A stretch of 51,045 bases of DNA, the filler included, from Dirinaria sp. TL-2023a (Eukaryota), in the NCBI GenBank assembly GCA_051941275.1. It is 3 parts of 3 records of this genome, joined end to end, with 100 filler letters (N's around TTAATTAATTAA, not from the genome) between each part and the next. Parts side by side here need not be neighbours in the genome. Positions count along the whole stretch, not along the records: positions 34,127 to 51,045 come from JAVEBF010000464.1; 2 more parts are not named here. One strand, 5' to 3'. Each line of letters starts with the position of its first letter. The first letter of the stretch is position 1. The notes below the pieces were generated by a model. The model was not told where the DNA came from. It worked only from the letters and a program-made list of their open reading frames with translations, and searched no databases. The position numbers were made by a program, and so were the translations under genes. Below are positions 45,829 to 51,045 of the stretch, piece after piece.

Positions 45829-48793
45829 ATGATGGAAACCATTAATGTCATGCCTGCCACTGTGCACAGCAATGGCCATATTCACGGGCACAGTCAGAAA
45901 TCAATGCCTCAAAGGCAGCCTTTGCAACCGACATCTCTGAATAGCAGCCCATACATGAATGGAGGTCACCACTTGGCTGAAGCAAAACAACACGCGCATA
46001 CTCGGTCTCTACACATACACTCGCCCGTGGATCCGGAGAAGACGCGCTCAGAACATAGTCGATCAAGATCAAATCTCCCACCTCCCACCCTTCCCGCCAT
46101 GGACGTTGTCAATGTACGGCCCAAGAGCATGGCCAGGAGGATTAGCGTGGGGCTTCCTACACACCTGAAGCTCGAGAGCAGCAACTATGGTTTTCAGCCC
46201 GCGAGCAAACCCACATATGCGACTTCGAGCGAAGGGGTTAAGAGGTTGGTCCCAACACTGGCCGTTATTTCATAGACGTTGCTCAGATACTGACCGGTGT
46301 AGGCGACACTGGATTACAGCTTCAGAAGTTGTAAGCTCGACGTTAATCTCCCTCCCATTTATCCTACTTGCAGTCACCAAAAACCTACATGGAGCGGCGC
46401 AAGTATCGGAAGGTGCTTTAGGGAATGGTCCGCTTGAGAAGCAAGCTCAACAAGAGGTCACAGGCTCAAAGTTACCACTAGCTGTTGGACTAGATGCACT
46501 ATCAACGTGTTTCCTGACATCTGGAATTTTGTTGCTCGTCGGAGCAACTGTAAAAGTGCCTGGCCTGCTCAGTGGTGCAACAGGGGAAAGACAGGGCGCA
46601 AGTGGCCATAGACAAACAGGGGGCGCGCAGACTGGCATGCTGACCGTGGCCGGCTTTCAGAAGATAGTGACCAGGTGCCTGAAGGTGGGTCTACCATTTT
46701 ACGCATGCCTGAAACTCGGAGATGTGCGGACGGTTTCAACTCTAGTGACGGCCATGGTCACAGATCTGACGGCTTCGGATGAAAATCCTCAAGGTTCGAA
46801 TCGAAGCCTTAAAACCCTTCTAAGATCTCGGCGGTGGACGGTCACAATTCTTACACTTCAATTTTTGAGTGATCTAATCGGTTTGACGAACAGCACTGGG
46901 GTTGCAGGCATCCTCACCGGCTATCTGGCGTTATCTGTTTCAGTTTTTGCTCTCCCGCTTCCATTTCCTATACACACGTCAAGAAAACCCCACATTTCTT
47001 CTCCGGTCGAGCCACCGCCTCCCACTGGCTCGAACACCTTAGCTACGCTGAAAGAGGTGCCGACTACTTCCAATACCACTTTAACACCTGAACGGGCGCT
47101 ATCATCATTGGTTTACACTCCGGAAGATGTCGACTTTACATTATCAGCCGGTGTGCTCGCTGCAGGAATCAGTCTCGTCCTTTTTTTTCTTTTTGCGATA
47201 CCCAACAGTGGCATTGTTTCAGGATACCAAATAGGTGGTGGGCTGCTTACTACATTTGCGGCCGTGTTATCTATGACTTTCACGCAACCACAGAGTCTGC
47301 GTCAAAGTCGAGGTGTTGGTCTTGTGCTTGGATCCTCGTTCGCCTGCTTATCTTCAGCCGTCCTCACACCAGGATCATGGACAATGTTAAGCTTTCAGTG
47401 CGTTTCTATCAGCATTTATTTCGCGGCCACAGTCAAAGATACCCAGTCGTCGGCTTCGTCTTCTCGTCACAACCACACCCAACACCATCATACCAGTGAG
47501 CACTCTCATCACGATGAACTCTCAGCCTTTTCGCGGTACCTTCTAGACTGTTCTGGGAAGTGGCCGCTGCTACACAGCATACTCCTGGAGAAAGACTCAA
47601 GAAGGATCTTCTACTTTATGATTCTTAACTTTGCGTTTATGCTCGTGCAGACCTTCTACGGGATAGCTACAGGCTCTCTAGGTCTGCTGAGCGATAGCAT
47701 ACATATGTTCTTCGACTGCCTTGCACTCGTTGTAGGTCTATGTGCGGCCGTTATGAGCAAGTGGCCTCCTAGCACACGGTTTCCGTATGGCTTCGGCAAG
47801 GTGGACACCCTCGCAGGTTTTGCCAATGGCATTTTCTTGATGCTCATCAGTATCGAGATAGTCTATGAGGCCGCTGAAAGGCTGGTGGAAGGCAGCGAAA
47901 TGCAGAGACTCAGCGAGCTACTGACTGTCAGTGGTCTCGGCCTCGTGGTCAACCTAGTCGGTATTACTGCGTTTGGCCATGCCCATCACGGACATGGGCA
48001 TTCACATGGAGGCCATGATCATGGCCACGCACATCCTGGGCACGCTCATGCGGACCATTCTCATACACATTGCGAGCACTCGACAAATTCACACATCAGC
48101 CACAACCATGGTCCGAACCCTATCCATCACCATCACCACCACCACCACCACGAGCACGACCACCACGAGCATGAGCATGAGCACGCTCATTTGCACGATC
48201 ATCTCAACTGCCCTACACCCTCACCGTACTCTTCGATACCGGCGACCCCCTCTAAACCAATGCATCCACACTCTCACCATCACGGCCACGGGCATCACCA
48301 TCACGGAAACGAGAATATGTACGGCATCTATTTGCACATCCTAGCAGACACCCTCGGCTCCGTCGCCGTTGTCATATCCACCATCCTAATCCATTTCTAC
48401 GGCTGGGCAGGTTTTGACCCTGTCGCTTCGGTCATCATCGCAGTCCTGATCTTTGCTTCTGCAGTCCCGCTCGTCAAGTCATCTGCTCGCACGCTGCTCC
48501 TGACCATCCCCGAAGACACCGAGTTCGACCTTCGGGAAGCGTTGGCCGGGGTTAGCGCTTTGAGGGGTGTTTCGGGGTACGCGGTGCCTAAATTCTGGCT
48601 GGAAGAGGGAGACGACCGGCGAGTGTTGGGCGTAATGCATGTATTTGTCGCGAAGGGTGCGGACATGGAAGATGTGAGGGAGAGGGCAGTGAATTACCTG
48701 AGGACCCGGGGCATGAACATTCTGGTGCAGGTGGAGAGGGAGGGCAGTGGAAGGTGTTGGTGCAGGGGCGCTAGTGGGCTAAGTCCACGATGA
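45829..48793 (+). CDS. MSC2: CDF-family zinc transporter (Msc2/Cis4 type; 2 exons)
   Basis: DSRRIFYFMILN, SLGLLSDSIHMFFDC, His-rich loop and NENMYGIYLHILADTLGS. Intron 46245..46302. Confidence 0.9.
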
Positions 48794-49474
48794 GACCCGA
48801 TGGACTTCGAAGGTGAAATGCGGGAGAGCTAAAAAGCCTCGTCATGCGTGGATGTGGTATGAGGCCAGTGCTCTCGGTCGATGAGGATTTCGGCGTAGCA
48901 TACATCATGAGCAAGCGTTCTACCATTCCATAGTAAAAAGAGATCAACGAGCACAGCTTTATGATGTGCATCTGCCTGGCATTCGCCTCGATCCTTTGGT
49001 GTGGAATGTAGTGAACCGACGATCAGTACGAGTCAATGCGGTTCTATTCGCAGCGGATGCAATAGTAAGTCCTACATGGGTACAAGGCGGCATTGTTGAT
49101 AGCATTCGTGCCACTTTGTCCAGTTGGAAAGGAGTGAAAGGAATCGTGATACGTTATGCGCCTTACCTGATTCATCCTAGTCCAGCCAATGGGAGAGAGG
49201 AAACTCTGGGCAGCGACTTCGAGACAATCACGTGACTTGCTGCGCCCCGAGAATCCCGCCTCGCCCTCTTTGGGAATCGACTGAAGGGAATCGATTAATT
49301 GACGGTTGCCTGCTCCATCTCCGTACTTTCTTCTTCTTATTATTATTGCCAAGACGCCCTCTTCTACTTTACTTTTCCTTTCCCAAAACTAGCCCTTTTC
49401 CCCTCTTAACTCATTCCGTACTCTCGACTTCAAACCACCATCACCTGCATCTGATTCTGACTTCTCTGATCGCC

Positions 49475-50702
49475 ATGTACGGTGTCCTGCACCACCTTGC
49501 CCGGCGAGGCTTCGAAGCCACGCAAGACAACTATAATCATGGCTTCGAGATCAAGAGCGCCGAAGACCAGCCAGATGAGCAGATCAGAAGGTTCCCCATC
49601 TGGGGCATTGCCATCATCTGGTCGACTTTCATGCTGTTCCTCTTCGTGCAGTTTGCTGTGAGTGAAATCATTGCCTTAAACAGCTTACCGCCGACTAATA
49701 GCATGCTAGATCCGTTACACCTTGGGGTCTATCGTAGCCACTTTGACTGCCATCGAGACTCCGTCTGCAACCGCTTTCACTGTCGACCCGCCCGCCCCTT
49801 CTCACGACAGCGATGTACCTCTTCTCTCGGCCGACCAGAAGGTCGATGAAACCGAACCCGAGCTCTTCCTCATCAAGTCCAAGCCCATCACCTCCAAAAT
49901 CCGCACCACCATAAAGCACCTCCGCGCCCAAGCCGGTCCATGGTCGAGGTTCCGCGGTCTCCAAGTCGCGATCGTGTACCACCTGATCTATGCCGTCTTC
50001 TACAACCTCGTCGTCGGACGCTTCGCCTCTCCCCTGGGCCGTTCGCTCTTCGCCATCGTCGCTCACACCGCGCTGGCCAGACTACACATGACATGGACCC
50101 ACGTCGTCGTGAGCAACCCGAGCCCAAAGACCTGGTGGCGCCGTATCCCCAGCACCAAGTCCGCCGCCAAAATCCTGCTCCCAACAGCCATCTGGGCAAC
50201 TGCGGACCAACTCGCCATTTACATCCCCGTCGCACTGGCTTACGTCTACGGTCTCAACCGCCATGTTGAAGACCCGTCGTACTACAAGACCGCCCCTCCC
50301 AAGGAGCTCGTCGGCATGTGGGCGCAGCTCCTTAGCTGCGCGCTGGTGGCGCTGTTCATCGTCTTCGCCATCGTCTTCCCCGCTGAAGTCACCCTTACGC
50401 GTGTGCAGGCGTCGATGCTCCCGGAAGAAGACGAGGCGATCGTGCCCTTTGACCGCACCTTCGGCGGCAGGGTCCAGCCGGCCATCACCGGTGGCAGCGG
50501 CTGCGTCAGCATGCTGGACGCGTGGAAGACATTCGACTGGGCCGCGAGGTTCAGGCTGGTCAAGCTCTACGTCAAGATCTTCGCCATTCAGGTCACCACC
50601 ACGCTCCTCTTCATCGGTGTCCTCGTCGGCGAGCTCCGACTCATCCTGGGCGACGACCTTCACAAAGTCGTCAAGATGGCCCATCAAGGTCTGAAGTTGT
50701 AG
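49475..50702 (+). CDS. Conserved fungal multi-pass membrane protein of unknown function (2 exons)
   Basis: Intron 49658..49709 (GTGAGT...TAG) joins ORFs 49232 and 49722 in frame. Several hydrophobic helices, conserved-looking VTLTRVQASMLPEEDEAIVPFDRTF, and strong GC3 bias. Confidence 0.85.
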
Positions 50703-51045
50703 GGAGGTTGGTTGGAAATCTGGGAGCTTGTGGGCGGGCGAATAGTCAACACCAGACGCCCATAATCCCAAAACTATCATTACTGAAGTCGATATGGAGT
50801 GGGGTGCTCTTCATCTCTCGTATTGACAAGGGGCATATGTAGAAGGTTTTTTGGATACGTGCATGGAATGCAAGCATTTGTACTCGTACTTTACTCATCA
50901 GCAAGCGTAATAAGCCTCTCCGCATTCTTCTTCACACATGCAATCAACCCCCATCTAACAGCAGAGGCGGAACGCTATTGAATTGATGCCCCAAAACCCT
51001 ATGCCTGCCTCACCCACGATTCTTAATCCCCCACATGCCCAATGC

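Noticed and set aside
49475..50702. Ubiquitin-conjugating enzyme label sometimes attached to similar proteins
   Set aside because: No UBC catalytic HPN...C motif; the protein is multi-pass hydrophobic.
1..51045. tRNA, rRNA, CRISPR arrays, intact transposons, secondary-metabolite cluster
   Set aside because: No cloverleaf or box A/B pattern, repeat-spacer array, transposase/RT ORF or PKS/NRPS gene was recognised by eye. A tRNAscan/Infernal run would be needed to exclude small RNAs.

Overview
Eukaryotic genomic DNA from a filamentous ascomycete (Pezizomycotina). Evidence: short GT-AG spliceosomal introns with CTRAC/CTRAY branch points and fungal gene content. Two artificial 100-bp scaffold linkers (N44-TTAATTAATTAA-N44) split the window into three segments. 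About 17 intact protein-coding genes are visible: a vWA protein, a BTB-like protein, a GH2 beta-mannosidase, a secreted 3x hevein/CBM18 protein, tRNase Z, Ste24, an Rpa14-like protein, mitochondrial bL34, an M16 metallopeptidase, Zw10/Dsl1, Avt3, GGTase-I beta, Ilm1 (cut by a gap), a Thr-rich secreted protein, Alg1, an Msc2-type zinc transporter and a conserved membrane protein. The most striking feature is a 5-exon fungal NLR (SesB-like hydrolase-NACHT-ankyrin, about 1119 codons). It is intact apart from one in-frame TAG at a probable Trp position inside the NACHT domain, making it a candidate for stop-codon recoding (A-to-I editing or readthrough) rather than simple decay. Other notable points are a secreted-protein gene frameshifted by a 4-bp duplication, a chitin-binding gene whose reading frame is missed by the ORF track, and a recurrent CTTAAGGTA motif upstream of genes. 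No rRNA, tRNA, CRISPR array or intact transposon was recognised. Exon coordinates were read by eye.
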